From an uncultured Chroococcidiopsis sp. (GTDB lineage Bacteria > Cyanobacteriota > Cyanobacteriia > Cyanobacteriales > Chroococcidiopsidaceae): a stretch of DNA of 64,000 nt. Numbering within the stretch: position 1 is the stretch's first letter; every line of letters starts with the position of its first letter. The notes beneath the pieces were generated by a model. It was not told the DNA's origin. It saw only the letters and a list, made by a program, of their open reading frames with translations, and did not search any database. The DNA lies in the NCBI GenBank assembly GCA_964248365.1, contig CAXTYC010000028.1, positions 1 through 64,000 on the forward strand, read 5' to 3'. Both the position numbers and the translations under genes were made by a program. Positions 8,106 through 19,376 of this stretch are shown in pieces.

Positions 8106-10049
8106 ATGAATACTTGGCAGGGACTTGAGCGGAGCAAACGCGATCGACAACAACTTGAAGTAGCTTGTAATAATCTTGCTCAAATTATCCAAAACTGTAC
8201 TAAGCGCGGTGTAATGCCTGAAACTTTAGTAGGAGAAGTAGAAGAAACACTTCAAAAATTAAAGTCTGAAAAATTTCGAGTAGCAATTGTAGGTGAGTTT
8301 AGCAAAGGCAAATCAACCTTAATTAATGCCCTGCTAGGTGAAGAAATCCAACCTGTGAGGGCAATTGCTTGTAGCGGTACGATTACAGTTTTGAGATACG
8401 GACAGCAAAAACGAGTAGTTTGTCGCTATAAGAATGGACGAGAAGAAGAAATTCCCTTCGAGCAATATCAAGTTAAAGCAGCTATTTCTGAAGAAGCAGC
8501 AATTGAGTATCGCAGTGATGAGCTAGGACGTTCTGAAATTGAAGAGATTATTTTTGAACATCCTGATTTAGAATTATGCCGCAATGGTGTTGAAATTGTT
8601 GATTCTCCAGGTTTAAATGAACATCCTGATCGTACTGCAATTACCTCAAAGCTTCTAAAAAATACTGATGCAGTTATTTTCTTAACTAGCGCATTACAAG
8701 TATTAACGGAAGCAGAACGCCACCTACTGAATGTTGTTTTGAAACCTCAACTAAATGGTGGTAATGAAAATGAACCTGCTAATAATCTTTTTGTAGTAGT
8801 CAATTTCATCGATCAACTACGGCGCGAAAAGGATAAGCAGCAAGTACAGCAACTAGTTGAAAAGTTTGTGCAGGGTCAAAATCCCATTATTCACGGTGAA
8901 AACCGCATTCATTTTATTTCTGCCCAAGCAGCGCTAGATGCAATTTTGGATGGAATTGAAGATGATTATCTGAAATTATTTGAATTTTTCTGCCAGTCTC
9001 TTGAGAAGTTTTTAACAAACGAACGTGGTTTAATCAAACTTCAGCAATCTGTTACAGACATTACGATATTAATTCAGTTGTGTCTATCCGAATTTTATCA
9101 AGCTAATAATAAGCTGGATGAAAAAGTAAAAGATTCGGAAGCAGAAAAGCAGAAAATATTAGAGCAAATTGGGGAAGCCAGTGGACGTGATGTGAGAATT
9201 AAGGATCTGGCAATCCAACTGGTAGATGAAGCATTCGCTCAAGCTATTGATTCTTTCGAGCAATGGTGTGAGAGCTTAATTGATCGGATGGTAGAAAAAA
9301 GTGAATACTGGCATTCAGAGCATTCACACATTTGGAGTCAAGATAAGCTAATCAAAGACTACGCCAATCAATTTATTCGAGATTTCCAAACAGAAATAAA
9401 CGATTGGGGTAATAGCCAGCTTAAAAATGTAATTTTGAAGCAAAGCATCAAAAAAATCAACCAAGTAATTATTCAAGAATTACAGGGGATTCAAAACAAT
9501 TTGAAGCTTATCGAACTGCAAACAAATACAAAATTCAGTCAACAGACTAACTTCAATATTAGTGGAATTGAGGGTGATATCACGGGTGCTGGTGGTTTTA
9601 TGGGTGGTATAGGTGCTGGTGGTGCTTTAGCAGCTGGATTATTCGCTTTTACAGGGATTGGTCTTATCCCAATCATCATAGGCGCTGTAGCAACTGCTAT
9701 TGCTGGCTCATTTGGACTGGGGTTGTTAGACGTTGATGGGATTCACGACCAAATCAAAGCCAAAGTTCTTGAGCAAGGCTTTGAGAAGTTTAGTGAGTCT
9801 ATTGACAAAATAGGAAATAGGTTAGAGGAAATTATTATTTCAGCCTTCGATAGCCAAGTTGAAGCAGCTGAAGAAGCTATCAAACATTTTATCTCGTCTT
9901 ATGAAAAATTGCTCGAACATCAGGAGAAAGCCCAAAAAGAAATAATGGCAGAAAGTAAGGCTGAAAAAGCTTTTATCTATCAAAAATGTCAGGAACTTGA
10001 GCAGGTGCAAAAGCGTATTGAAGCAATTTTAAATCAATCTGTTGAATAG
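8106..10049 (+). CDS. Bacterial dynamin-like GTPase (BDLP/Dynamin_N)
   Basis: G1 GEFSKGKS, G3 DSPG, VVNFID, FISA; Gly-rich hydrophobic paddle near C-terminus; ATG 8106 preferred over GTG 8052. Confidence 0.9.
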   Translation: MNTWQGLERSKRDRQQLEVACNNLAQIIQNCTKRGVMPETLVGEVEETLQKLKSEKFRVAIVGEFSKGKSTLINALLGEEIQPVRAIACSGTITVLRYGQQKRVVCRYKNGREEEIPFEQYQVKAAISEEAAIEYRSDELGRSEIEEIIFEHPDLELCRNGVEIVDSPGLNEHPDRTAITSKLLKNTDAVIFLTSALQVLTEAERHLLNVVLKPQLNGGNENEPANNLFVVVNFIDQLRREKDKQQVQQLVEKFVQGQNPIIHGENRIHFISAQAALDAILDGIEDDYLKLFEFFCQSLEKFLTNERGLIKLQQSVTDITILIQLCLSEFYQANNKLDEKVKDSEAEKQKILEQIGEASGRDVRIKDLAIQLVDEAFAQAIDSFEQWCESLIDRMVEKSEYWHSEHSHIWSQDKLIKDYANQFIRDFQTEINDWGNSQLKNVILKQSIKKINQVIIQELQGIQNNLKLIELQTNTKFSQQTNFNISGIEGDITGAGGFMGGIGAGGALAAGLFAFTGIGLIPIIIGAVATAIAGSFGLGLLDVDGIHDQIKAKVLEQGFEKFSESIDKIGNRLEEIIISAFDSQVEAAEEAIKHFISSYEKLLEHQEKAQKEIMAESKAEKAFIYQKCQELEQVQKRIEAILNQSVE

Positions 10050-10132
10050 CGATCGCTCTACTTCTGCATAACTAATAATATTAAATGCGATCGCCCTTCG
10101 GTAATTAAGGTAAGGTGAGGTGCGATCGCACT

Positions 10133-10489
10133 TCAAGGGTATCGAACAACAATACCCAATGCCAATACAATTTCTTCAAGTGTCGTTTCTTCCACCACAC
10201 CTACTTTATCAGTGAAACCCTCCAGAGAAACAGAGCGGGTTTGTAAAGGATTGGCAGCAGAAACTTTTGTTAAACCGTTTTGTGGTGTGGGAGTAATTTG
10301 CACTAACCAAGCAATGTTAGCAAAAGCTGATTTCCAAGCTGTTATCGGGACAACTAAACGTAGCCTCAATCCTGCTAATCCATCTGCACTGATAACAACT
10401 GCTGGGCGTGTTTTCTAAATTTCGCCGCCTCTAGTTGGATTAAACTGAACTCGCCAAATTTCACCCCGCCGAGGCTGGCTATTGCTCAT
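10133..10489 (-). pseudogene. mazF: MazF/PemK toxin with in-frame TAG at codon 25
   Basis: MSNSQPRRGEIWRVQFNPTRGGEI*KTRPAVVIS...VVPIT...NGLTKVS; TAG at 10415-10417. Confidence 0.85.
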
Positions 10490-10718
10490 CCGAGATGTCA
10501 TCATCTATAAACTCATCTGTCCATTCCATACCCTCTGCACCAGGAAGAAAGTATTGAGCTACTGTAGCAACTTGTTGAGCAAGTATTGCATCGCGTTGTT
10601 CAACTGGTAGTTTCAAGAAAGCCCTTCGATCAATTGCTTGAAATTCAGATGAATTAGATGTTAGTGCAGGCGAGTGTTGGGTATCCTTGGTAGAAATGAA
10701 TTCTTGATCCTTACTCAT
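10479..10718 (-). CDS. Putative antitoxin
   Basis: Small acidic-tailed ORF overlapping the mazF start; RAFLKLPVEQRDAILAQQ. Confidence 0.6.
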   Translation of the reverse strand: MSKDQEFISTKDTQHSPALTSNSSEFQAIDRRAFLKLPVEQRDAILAQQVATVAQYFLPGAEGMEWTDEFIDDDISDEQ

Positions 10719-10862
10719 AGTCAACACCTACCGACTATCGGACGTTGATTAGATTTTATCTTTGCTAGTGATGTTCGCAAAGCATATTGTAGCCGATTGG
10801 CTAAATTTATCAGATGCGATCGCCTGATAATAAGTATTGGCGCTTTATTTAATTCCACTGAT

Positions 10863-11552
10863 ATGAGCCAAATATCCCTCAATTTAATTGCTATTTCTAT
10901 TTTTGTAATCACATTTTCGACTCTGCTGGAACCATTATTCAACTTGTCGCCAACTATTCCGGCGATCGCCACCTTTAGTTTACTAGGACTTGCTACCCTG
11001 GATAATTTCGGCTTCGGGGGTAAGGGAGGTAACTTATTGTTAGATACGCTTGGTAGTTTCTCACCTCAACACCGCGATCGCATTATCCGTCACGAAGCGG
11101 GACACTTTTTAGTCGCTCACTTGATGGGAATTCCTGTCACTAGCTATACTCTCAGTGCTTGGGAAGCGCTAAAGCAGAAACAACCAGGACTAGGTGGCGT
11201 AAGTTTTGACGATCGGGAATTAGCATCGCAGTTAGAAAAGGGTACTCTCTCAGCCCAAATGTTAGATCGTTATTGCACTGTTTGGATGGCTGGCGGTGTA
11301 GCTGAAGACTTAGTTTACGGTAATACTGAAGGCGGAACCGACGATTTACAAAAAATTAGAACTGTCTTGACACCTTTAGGATTTTCTGCTAAAGCCCAAG
11401 AGCAAAAGCAAAGATTCGCAGCATTACAAGCTCGTACCTTAATACAAAATAATTGGTCAGCTTATGAAGCTTTAGTTAATACTATGAGACAACGGGCTGA
11501 TGTATCTGAATGTTGTCGGGCGATTGAACAAGCTGAAGGGCTGGGAGCCTGA
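10863..11552 (+). CDS. Conserved cyanobacterial M41-like Zn-protease-domain membrane protein
   Basis: Two N-terminal TMs, HEAGH, AG.VAE.LVYG..EGG.DD. Confidence 0.85.
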   Translation: MSQISLNLIAISIFVITFSTLLEPLFNLSPTIPAIATFSLLGLATLDNFGFGGKGGNLLLDTLGSFSPQHRDRIIRHEAGHFLVAHLMGIPVTSYTLSAWEALKQKQPGLGGVSFDDRELASQLEKGTLSAQMLDRYCTVWMAGGVAEDLVYGNTEGGTDDLQKIRTVLTPLGFSAKAQEQKQRFAALQARTLIQNNWSAYEALVNTMRQRADVSECCRAIEQAEGLGA

Positions 11553-11576
11553 AAAGTATAAAGTATGAAGTATGAA

Positions 11577-11660
11577 GGAGTCAGGAGTCAGGAGTCAGGA
11601 GTTCTGCCCCTCTGCCCCTCTGCTCTTTCCCTAGCCCCCAACCCCTAGCCCCTAGCCCCT
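11577..11660. repeat. Short tandem heptamer repeats (STRR)
   Basis: (GGAGTCA)n and (CTAGCCC)n. Confidence 0.8.
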
Positions 11661-13160
11661 TTGATCGCACTGCTGCAAAAATCGCGCCGCAATTTCTGGG
11701 TGTTCGCCAAAATGTAGATGAATGTAGGAAGCATGAAGGTGAGGCGATCGCCATCCTTCTGAGGTTGTAGATGAGCTTTTATCAGCTCCTCTTGTTTGAA
11801 ACAATGGCTGTGTGGGCATTATAGACAGGTGTGAGCGATGAAATTCATGTCCCCAAACTATATCCCCAGCTTTCACCAATGGACTATCTTGCAAAGCAGT
11901 TGCCTGTCGATAACCTAATGTTAGACGAGAACCCATTACAGCCTCTGTTGCGATCGCTCCCACCATTGACCAGGACTTACTATCAAAGTCTATAATTTGC
12001 TCAGACAGATACATTAACCCGCCACACTCTGCCAAGGTCGGCATTCCAGCTTGAATGGCTGCTTGCACAGATGCAATAGCCTGGGTATTTGCTGCCAATT
12101 CTGGGGCAAACACTTCGGGGAAGCCACCACCAAAATATAATCCGTGTACGTTTTCGGGTAAACCAGAGTCAACAAGCGGACTCCAAGGAACTAATTCAGC
12201 CCCCAGTTGTTGCAACAAATCCAAATTGTCTTGGTAGTAGAAACTAAAAGCGCGATCAAGAGCAATTGCCAAACGGAGGGGTGAGGAGTGAATTTGTAGG
12301 GGCAGGTTTTTCTGAGTTATCTGTGTGATTACAGGTATGTCTGGTAAACCCGCCCGTACAGAGTGTGAATTTGTAGGGGCGGGTTTTTCTGAGTTATCTG
12401 TGTGATTACAGGTATGTCTGGTAAACCCGCCCGTACACAGTTGTGAATATCCCTTGTCTTCTGTCTTCAAAAGTGGTAATAAGCGTTCCCAGTCAAAGCA
12501 CGTATCACCTAAAGTCGCTAGCTGATCTATTAATGTATCCAGTTGACTCAGTTCGGCTGTGGGTACTAAACCGAGATGGCGATCGGGAATTGTGATATTA
12601 TCAGATCGTCGCAAGACTCCCACAATAGGGATTTGCAATGGTTCTAAAGCATCCTTGAGTAATTGCAGATGGCGATCGCTTCCTACTCGATTTAGCACCA
12701 CGTGGGCTATTTTTACGTTGGGATCGAATGAGCGATAACCGTGTGCGATCGCTGCTACAGATCCAGATAACCGACTACAATCAATTACTAAGACTACAGG
12801 TAAATTAAGTAACCTAGCAATGTGAGCCGTACTGGCAAAATCAGTCATTTGATCTTGTTCGACAAATGACGAAATGCCATCAAATAGCCCCATAACCCCT
12901 TCTACCAGGGCATATTCACTCACCTGGGTATGACGAGCGAAACATTGCTGAACATAAGCCTGGGAGGTTAACACTGGGTCTAAATTCCGACAAGCACGTC
13001 CAGTGACGTACTGATGAAACATCGGATCAATATAATCTGGACCCACCTTAAAAGATTGCACCTGCAAACAGCGACGGCGCAAAGAAGCTAACAGGGTGAG
13101 CGTCACAGTTGTTTTGCCCACCTGGCTACGTTCTCCAGCAATTACTAATGTCATAGCCAC
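11652..13160 (-). CDS. cobB: Cobyrinate a,c-diamide synthase with repeat-derived linker insertion
   Basis: SQVGKTT, FKVGPDYID, EGVMGLFDG, RHLGL, ECGG, GHEFH. Confidence 0.95.
   Translation of the reverse strand: MAMTLVIAGERSQVGKTTVTLTLLASLRRRCLQVQSFKVGPDYIDPMFHQYVTGRACRNLDPVLTSQAYVQQCFARHTQVSEYALVEGVMGLFDGISSFVEQDQMTDFASTAHIARLLNLPVVLVIDCSRLSGSVAAIAHGYRSFDPNVKIAHVVLNRVGSDRHLQLLKDALEPLQIPIVGVLRRSDNITIPDRHLGLVPTAELSQLDTLIDQLATLGDTCFDWERLLPLLKTEDKGYSQLCTGGFTRHTCNHTDNSEKPAPTNSHSVRAGLPDIPVITQITQKNLPLQIHSSPLRLAIALDRAFSFYYQDNLDLLQQLGAELVPWSPLVDSGLPENVHGLYFGGGFPEVFAPELAANTQAIASVQAAIQAGMPTLAECGGLMYLSEQIIDFDSKSWSMVGAIATEAVMGSRLTLGYRQATALQDSPLVKAGDIVWGHEFHRSHLSIMPTQPLFQTRGADKSSSTTSEGWRSPHLHASYIHLHFGEHPEIAARFLQQCDQRG
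12288..12441. repeat. Two tandem 77-bp REP-like (GTAG-family) units inside cobB
   Basis: GTAGGGGCRGGTTT...AAACCCGCCCGTAC starting at 12296 and 12373; related copy at ~13180-13266. Confidence 0.85.
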
Positions 13161-13298
13161 AGATGGTAATTGGTAATTGGTAGGGGCGCTCTTTAAATCA
13201 AGTAGGGGCGCACTTTAAATGAGTTATCTTGCGCCTCACAAGTATGTCTGATAAACCCGCGCGTACGGTAGTTGGTGAAAGGTTAAATCAATTACCCA

Positions 13299-14666
13299 TT
13301 ACCCATTAGCTAATTTGAGCATTCCAGCTGTAACGGCAAGGCTTTCTTCATATAGCACATCGCGCCCCCAGCGTTGTAGTTGCTGTGAGAGTAATTCTTC
13401 TGCACTTTGATCGGAAAGAGAGCTTACTTGCACAAAGCGACAATTTTGAGCGCCGCCACCTAGTTCCATTCGCATACAACCAGTTGTTTCAGAACACAGA
13501 ACTGTACAACAGTCTGCCTCTTGATTGGTCGAGTTCAAGCGCAGAGCAATTAAATCGCCTGGAATATCGCCTGAATTAGCTGTGGGAACTCCAGCTACTT
13601 CTGCTTCTACTTGCCGCCCGTCTGAGGTAACAAAGTGGATGCACTTGATGTTATAATCCCCCTCTTCCTGTTGATAGCCAGAAGGATGCCAATTTAACCG
13701 ACTTGCCAACCACCCCAAAAACATCAGTGCTTGTGATGGATTGCCTTTTTCGTAATCTATCGTTACTCTGTCAACTTCCTTAAGAGCTGCTCGACGCTGA
13801 GGAGGATCGAAAGCTTCAGCAGTCAACTCTTGCCATGCTGCCAATCGACTCCAGTTTAAGTCATTTACTGGTACACCCGCTTCTATGAGTTCTTGAATAT
13901 TCAGCAAATTTTGTTCTACTTGAGTAAAGCCGCTAGAATCAAAGATTACAGAATTGCAAACTGCTGATAGTCGCTTGAATATCCCATTGTTGGGATCGGG
14001 CGTTGCTTTCCACCAGAGAAACTTCGGCAAATCGCCAATTAATAACGCTGGAACCATGCCCCCCACTCTTTCCAAGGCTTCAACAGTTCCCGTGAGGGTG
14101 ATGTACTCGCAGCATACAAGTGTAGTTGACGACTGCTTTTGAATAGGGCAATAAGCAGATACTTGTGCCTTTACGCCTTCGTCATCCCCAGTTACTGGAC
14201 ACAGGGCAATAATGCGGCAAGGGTTGCGACTAGCGATCGCATCGGCAATTGTTGGGCTTTTCGTATCCAAAGCATAAGACAAACTTGCCGTGCCGTCTAC
14301 ACTCGTAGCACCACGACGTTTAACAAGTTCTTCCCGTAGAAGGTCAAGCAATTGGGGGGTTGGCTTCCCAGTTGTCTCTAATCCATAAGCTTTCTGTGCT
14401 TCTCGCACAGCAGTGGCGGTGCGCGGTCCTGGAATACCATCTATTGGACCACTGTAAAATCCCAAAGCTGCTAACAGGTGTTGAGTTTGTTCTGGTTCGT
14501 AAACGAGCAAACTAAAGGTTTTTGCCCGTGTTGCGGCGGGTATTCCCCCATTATCGCCTGCTAGTCCGTAACTTTGCCAAATCTGATTAAGTTCCGCTTC
14601 AATTTCACCGACTGAAATATCCTTGGGAGCCTGAAGCGAAAAAATTGGAGGAGATTGAGTAGCCAT
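13299..14666 (-). CDS. opcA: Glucose-6-phosphate dehydrogenase assembly protein OpcA
   Basis: Downstream of zwf; SAYCP, CCEYITL, DLNW.RL..WQE. Confidence 0.95.
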   Translation of the reverse strand: MATQSPPIFSLQAPKDISVGEIEAELNQIWQSYGLAGDNGGIPAATRAKTFSLLVYEPEQTQHLLAALGFYSGPIDGIPGPRTATAVREAQKAYGLETTGKPTPQLLDLLREELVKRRGATSVDGTASLSYALDTKSPTIADAIASRNPCRIIALCPVTGDDEGVKAQVSAYCPIQKQSSTTLVCCEYITLTGTVEALERVGGMVPALLIGDLPKFLWWKATPDPNNGIFKRLSAVCNSVIFDSSGFTQVEQNLLNIQELIEAGVPVNDLNWSRLAAWQELTAEAFDPPQRRAALKEVDRVTIDYEKGNPSQALMFLGWLASRLNWHPSGYQQEEGDYNIKCIHFVTSDGRQVEAEVAGVPTANSGDIPGDLIALRLNSTNQEADCCTVLCSETTGCMRMELGGGAQNCRFVQVSSLSDQSAEELLSQQLQRWGRDVLYEESLAVTAGMLKLANG

Positions 14667-14775
14667 AAAAAAAGTGTGAAATAGGAAGTTTAAAGTATGA
14701 AGTAGGAAGTATAAAGTATGAAGTAGGAAATTTAATGTTTATTCTTTACACTTCATCCCTTATCCTTCTTCATTT

Positions 14776-16305
14776 TTACAGTCTGCGCCAGCGACGACCA
14801 TCTCGTTCGATCAGAAGTTCCGCTTCCGCAGGTTCCCAAGTGCCAGCTTCATATTGTGGAATCGATGCAGGATCTGTTGGTGCATCCCAAACGCTCAGTG
14901 CTGGAGTCACCACCTGCCAAGCTGCTTCTACCTCATCTGCTCGTGTAAACAAGGTTTGGTCGCCTATCATACAATCGATCAACAGGCGATCGTAAGAATC
15001 CGCAGATCCTATCCCAAAAGCAGATCCGTAACTAAAGTCCATTTCTACCGAACGACTGCGTAGTTCTGGTCCTGGCATCTTCACTTCAAACCGCAGCGAA
15101 ATTCCTTCATTCGGCTGAATTCGCATTGCTAAAATATTAGCATTTGCCTGTTTGGTAGCTGATTGAAAGATCAGATACGGCACTTCACGGAAGTGGATCG
15201 ATATTTCACTCACTTTTTTCGGCAGGCGTTTACCAGTACGTAGATAAAAAGGTACACCTTGCCAACGCCAGTTATCGATCGCAAACTTCATCGCTACATA
15301 AGTCGGTGTAGTCGAGTTGGGATTAACTCCAGGTTCCTCCCGATACCCAGGCACACGTTTACCTTTCATCCAGCCAGCACTATATTGACCGCGCACTGCC
15401 GACCGCTCTAGGTTTTGCAAATCTGCCAAATGAGTAGCTTGCAGTACTTTCAGTTTTTCTGTGCGGATGCTATCGGCATCTAAAGCGTTGGGTGGTTCCA
15501 TCGCGGTGAAGCAAAAAATTTGCATCAGGTGATTTTGCAACATATCCCGCAATGCACCAGAGGATTCATAGTATCCTGCTCTGTCTTCTACGCCTACTGT
15601 CTCTCCTACAGTGAGCTGAACATGATCGACAAATTGGCGATTCCACAATGGTTCAAAAATCGCATTGGCAAAACGAAATACCAATAAATTTTGTACAGTT
15701 TCTTTACCGAGATAGTGGTCAATGCGGTATACTTGTTCTTCTTTGCAAACTTGCTGTACTACTCGGTTAAGACTTCGCGCCGAAGCCAAGTCTCGCCCAA
15801 AGGGTTTTTCAATTACCAGCCGAGTCTTGGTTGGATCGGCTAGCATCTGCGCCCGTCCTAATTGCTCGATCGCTTCTGGAAAGAATTTCGGGGCGACAGA
15901 CAGGTAAAACACGCGATTGCCCCGCGTTCCTCGTTTGTCGTCCAATTCTGCCAAGAAGTCTTTTAATTTCTGGTAGCTTTCTGGATTGTCCATATCTCCA
16001 GAGCAATAGAAAAGACCTTGTGAAAAGTCTTGCCATAATTCCTCAGCACCAATACCGTCGGAAAACTGCTCTATCCCCTCACGCATCTGTTCCCGAAAGT
16101 AGTCGTCACTCCAGTCTCTGCGTGCTACTCCCACAATAGTGGTTTCTGGTGGAATACGGCGTTCTCGTCTGAGTTTGTAAAGTGCTGGTACTAATTTGCG
16201 CTGGGTTAGATCCCCTGATGCACCAAAGATCACCAAAATTTGAGGATCAGGAGTTTTTTGTTGTTGCAGCCCTACACGCAAGGGATTTTCTAGCAGCGTG
16301 ACCAT
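14776..16305 (-). CDS. zwf: Glucose-6-phosphate 1-dehydrogenase
   Basis: [20 protein letters not shown]. Confidence 0.98.
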   Translation of the reverse strand: MVTLLENPLRVGLQQQKTPDPQILVIFGASGDLTQRKLVPALYKLRRERRIPPETTIVGVARRDWSDDYFREQMREGIEQFSDGIGAEELWQDFSQGLFYCSGDMDNPESYQKLKDFLAELDDKRGTRGNRVFYLSVAPKFFPEAIEQLGRAQMLADPTKTRLVIEKPFGRDLASARSLNRVVQQVCKEEQVYRIDHYLGKETVQNLLVFRFANAIFEPLWNRQFVDHVQLTVGETVGVEDRAGYYESSGALRDMLQNHLMQIFCFTAMEPPNALDADSIRTEKLKVLQATHLADLQNLERSAVRGQYSAGWMKGKRVPGYREEPGVNPNSTTPTYVAMKFAIDNWRWQGVPFYLRTGKRLPKKVSEISIHFREVPYLIFQSATKQANANILAMRIQPNEGISLRFEVKMPGPELRSRSVEMDFSYGSAFGIGSADSYDRLLIDCMIGDQTLFTRADEVEAAWQVVTPALSVWDAPTDPASIPQYEAGTWEPAEAELLIERDGRRWRRL

Positions 16306-16306
16306 A

Positions 16307-16500
16307 TTAGTGGTTAGTGGTTAGTGGTTAGTGGCGAAGCTAGAGGCTAGAGGCTAGAGGCTAGAGGCTAGAGGCTAGAGGAAAGCTGGGGGAGCTGAGG
16401 GAGATGAGGGGTTTGTTTATACCATATCCTTGCTTTCAAGTCAAGAAAGTTGAATGCACTTTCTCCCTCAGCCTCCTCAGCCTCCTCAGCCTCCTCAGCT
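16307..16500. repeat. STRR tandem repeats
   Basis: (TTAGTGG)4, (GCTAGAG)6, (CCTCAGCCT)n. Confidence 0.85.
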
Positions 16501-16503
16501 CTC

Positions 16504-17667
16504 CTAGACGGGTGACAACTGATTTATCTTCTCTTCCAAGGAGTTCATCAGCGACTGGAAGGGTTGAACAAACTTGTCAATTCCTTCCACGAGTAATTCA
16601 TCCATTACTTGATCTAAGTTGATGTTGATGTCTGGATCTTTGAGGTTTTCGAGCAATGTATATGCTTCTTCCACGCCAGTTTCAACACGATTGTCAGGAT
16701 CGCAGTGATCGGCGCAAGCCTCAATTGTGCTAGGTGGTAGGGTATTAACAGTGTCGGGTCCTACTAGCTCATCGACATACATCACGTCGCTGTAGTTAGG
16801 ATCTTTGGTGCTGGTGCTTGCCCACAGTAGCCGCTGTACATTTGCGTCTTTGGCTGACAAAGCTTTCCAGCGATCGCTTTGGATAATTTCTTTGTATTTT
16901 TGGTAAGCTACTTTAGCATTGGCGATCGCTACTTTGCCTTTAACCGCTCTCAGCTTTGCTTCAAAGGCAATATCATCAGTACCCTTTTTGAGTTTTTCAT
17001 CAATCAGCTTATCAATTTTGATGTCAATTCGGCTGAGGAAGAAACTTGCTACTGACGAGATTTTGCTGATGTCCTCACCTTTAGCCACCCGCTTTTCCAA
17101 TCCTCGAATATAAGTCCAGGCGGTTTCAACGTAGCTTGAGACAGCAAACAGCAGGGTGACATTTACATTGATACCTTCTGAGATTACTTGCTCAACCGCA
17201 GGTAAACCCTCATTAGTACCAGGTATCTTGATCATTACGTTTTCTTTACCAATTTCTTGGTAATAACGGCGGGCTTCCTTGATCGTTGCTTCGGTATCAT
17301 GAGCGATCGTTGGTGGTACTTCGATACTCACGTAACCATCTAATCCACCAGACGAGTCATATATGGGGCGTAAGATATCACACGCATGGCGAATATCTTC
17401 AAAAATCAAGGATTCGTAAATTTTATCAACTGGTAATCCAGCCCGTACCCCAGCTTCGATATCTGCGTCATACATGGCGTTACCCATCATCGCCTTTTCA
17501 AAAATTGCTGGGTTGGTGGTAATTCCACAAATCCCCCCATTCTCAACCAAGCCTTTAAGTTCACCCGATTGGATTAAATCACGAGTCAAATTATCCATCC
17601 AGATACTTTGACCGAATTGCTTGATTTCGATTAAATGGTTGTTTGGTTTAGTTGCTTGATCTGTCAT
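16504..17667 (-). CDS. tal: Transaldolase
   Basis: TTNPAIF, MIKIPGT, NVTLLF, LWASTSTK. Confidence 0.97.
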   Translation of the reverse strand: MTDQATKPNNHLIEIKQFGQSIWMDNLTRDLIQSGELKGLVENGGICGITTNPAIFEKAMMGNAMYDADIEAGVRAGLPVDKIYESLIFEDIRHACDILRPIYDSSGGLDGYVSIEVPPTIAHDTEATIKEARRYYQEIGKENVMIKIPGTNEGLPAVEQVISEGINVNVTLLFAVSSYVETAWTYIRGLEKRVAKGEDISKISSVASFFLSRIDIKIDKLIDEKLKKGTDDIAFEAKLRAVKGKVAIANAKVAYQKYKEIIQSDRWKALSAKDANVQRLLWASTSTKDPNYSDVMYVDELVGPDTVNTLPPSTIEACADHCDPDNRVETGVEEAYTLLENLKDPDININLDQVMDELLVEGIDKFVQPFQSLMNSLEEKINQLSPV

Positions 17668-17746
17668 CTTCTAAACTCCTATCAGTTATATTTGCCTTTC
17701 TGCATTATGGTCTTACCCTAGCCCCTAGCCCCTAACCCCTAGCCCC

Positions 17747-18829
17747 TTATTGAGGTACACGCGATCGCTCAATTAAGCTACGCTCATCTTGTGCTTTGAT
17801 CTGTTTTTGAATGAAAGACTCGACCAAAGCCACATCGTCTTTACTACCAATAATCAACGGTGTGCGCTGATGTAGCTTTTCTGGCACTACATCCAAAATT
17901 TCCCCACTTCCTGTACTTGCTCTTCCTCCTGCTTGTTCAATTAGGAAAGCTAGAGGTGCAGTTTCATACAGCAAGCGTAATTTACCTTCTGGTTTCTTAA
18001 CTGTGCCTGGGTACAGAAACACACCACCTTGAACCAAAATGCGATGGATATCGCTCACCATTGCTCCACTATAGCGAGCGGTATATCCTTCTGTACGATG
18101 AACATAGCGGATATATTCACGGATTGATTCATCCCATTGCCAGAAATTTCCCTCATTAACGCTATAAATTGCTCCGTGATTGGGAATTTGAATGTTTTCG
18201 TCTGAAAGGATAAACTCTCCTAAGCTGGGATCGAGCGTAAACGAATGAACTCCCTTGCCAATCGAATAGACTAGCATTGTGCTGGGACCATAAAGGATAT
18301 AACCAGCGGCGATTTGTTTACGTCCACTTTGCAAAATATCCTGGGCTGTTCCGTCGGGATCGTTTCCTTGTTGTTGTCTAATCGCAAAGATCGAACCTAA
18401 ACTGAGATTAATATCCGTGTTGGAAGAGCCATCAATCGGGTCATATAACAGAGTGTAGCGACCAATTGGGCAGTTTTCGGGAATGTAGTATGGTTTTTCC
18501 ATTTCCTCGGAAGCCAAGCGACAGACAAGACCGCTTTGCTTGAATACTGAGATAAAAACATCATTGGCATAGACATCCATTTTTTTGACGGATTCGCCTT
18601 GCACATTCACGCTACCAGTAAATCCAAGCACACCTTCCATTAAACCCGCACGGCTGAGGCGACGGGCAATCAGTTTGCCAGCCAAAGCAATGCGATTCAT
18701 CAAGGCACTTAAATCTTGGGCATCTGCTGAGAAACTCTGAAGTTGCTGTAGGACGTGACGGGATAGAGTTGTGCAATCATGCTCCAGGGCATTGTCATTA
18801 TCTAGTATTTGTTGCACATCGTCAGCCAT
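17747..18829 (-). CDS. fbp: Fructose-1,6-bisphosphatase class I
   Basis: [25 protein letters not shown]; start reassigned to ATG 18829. Confidence 0.97.
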   Translation of the reverse strand: MADDVQQILDNDNALEHDCTTLSRHVLQQLQSFSADAQDLSALMNRIALAGKLIARRLSRAGLMEGVLGFTGSVNVQGESVKKMDVYANDVFISVFKQSGLVCRLASEEMEKPYYIPENCPIGRYTLLYDPIDGSSNTDINLSLGSIFAIRQQQGNDPDGTAQDILQSGRKQIAAGYILYGPSTMLVYSIGKGVHSFTLDPSLGEFILSDENIQIPNHGAIYSVNEGNFWQWDESIREYIRYVHRTEGYTARYSGAMVSDIHRILVQGGVFLYPGTVKKPEGKLRLLYETAPLAFLIEQAGGRASTGSGEILDVVPEKLHQRTPLIIGSKDDVALVESFIQKQIKAQDERSLIERSRVPQ

Positions 18830-19376
18830 TGTTTTCGTCCTTCCTTTAGAGTGGAACGGTTGGCACGGGATTGGCAATTGTGCTTAATACCCGCTTCTGC
18901 TTTCTATCTTAGAAACCCAATTAGTTTATGAAATCTGACTTTAGGCGAACTACAGAAATTATTACAAGATTGGCGTGGTTAGAAAGGAAGTAATACAGTA
19001 GATATCCTTGCTAAACGTGAACTTTAATGCTATTATACTCTTCTTTGCTAAGATGACGAGGAGCGATCGCACCTGTCGGCGGCAACTCTATAGCTGCTAA
19101 CAAGTGTCAAACAAACAAGTTCGCTTCGGAATAATCAATAATTGACAATTGATTAGTTACCACAGCTTTGTTTATTTTTGCAACAAAGTACTGGGTGAAA
19201 CAAGAGTTAAGATAAGCTGTAACTGGTCAAAGCCTTTCGCTATGCAACTTTATTAGGTAAAGGGGAAAGGGGCAAGGGAAAGAATAATCAATTATCAATT
19301 GATTATTGATTATTGCTCCGTAAAGCCCCTGAAGTTCCCTGAAGCTTTTCTTAGTCAAGGCTGTGGTGGGCGAAAG

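Noticed and set aside
12288..12441. Possible CRISPR array (also considered 25217-25456 and the heptamer arrays)
   Set aside because: Only two units, no unique spacer series and no cas genes; these are REP/STRR repeats
13160..13298. Cobalamin riboswitch upstream of cobB (or nrdJ)
   Set aside because: The region consists of STRR and REP sequence; no B12-box seen
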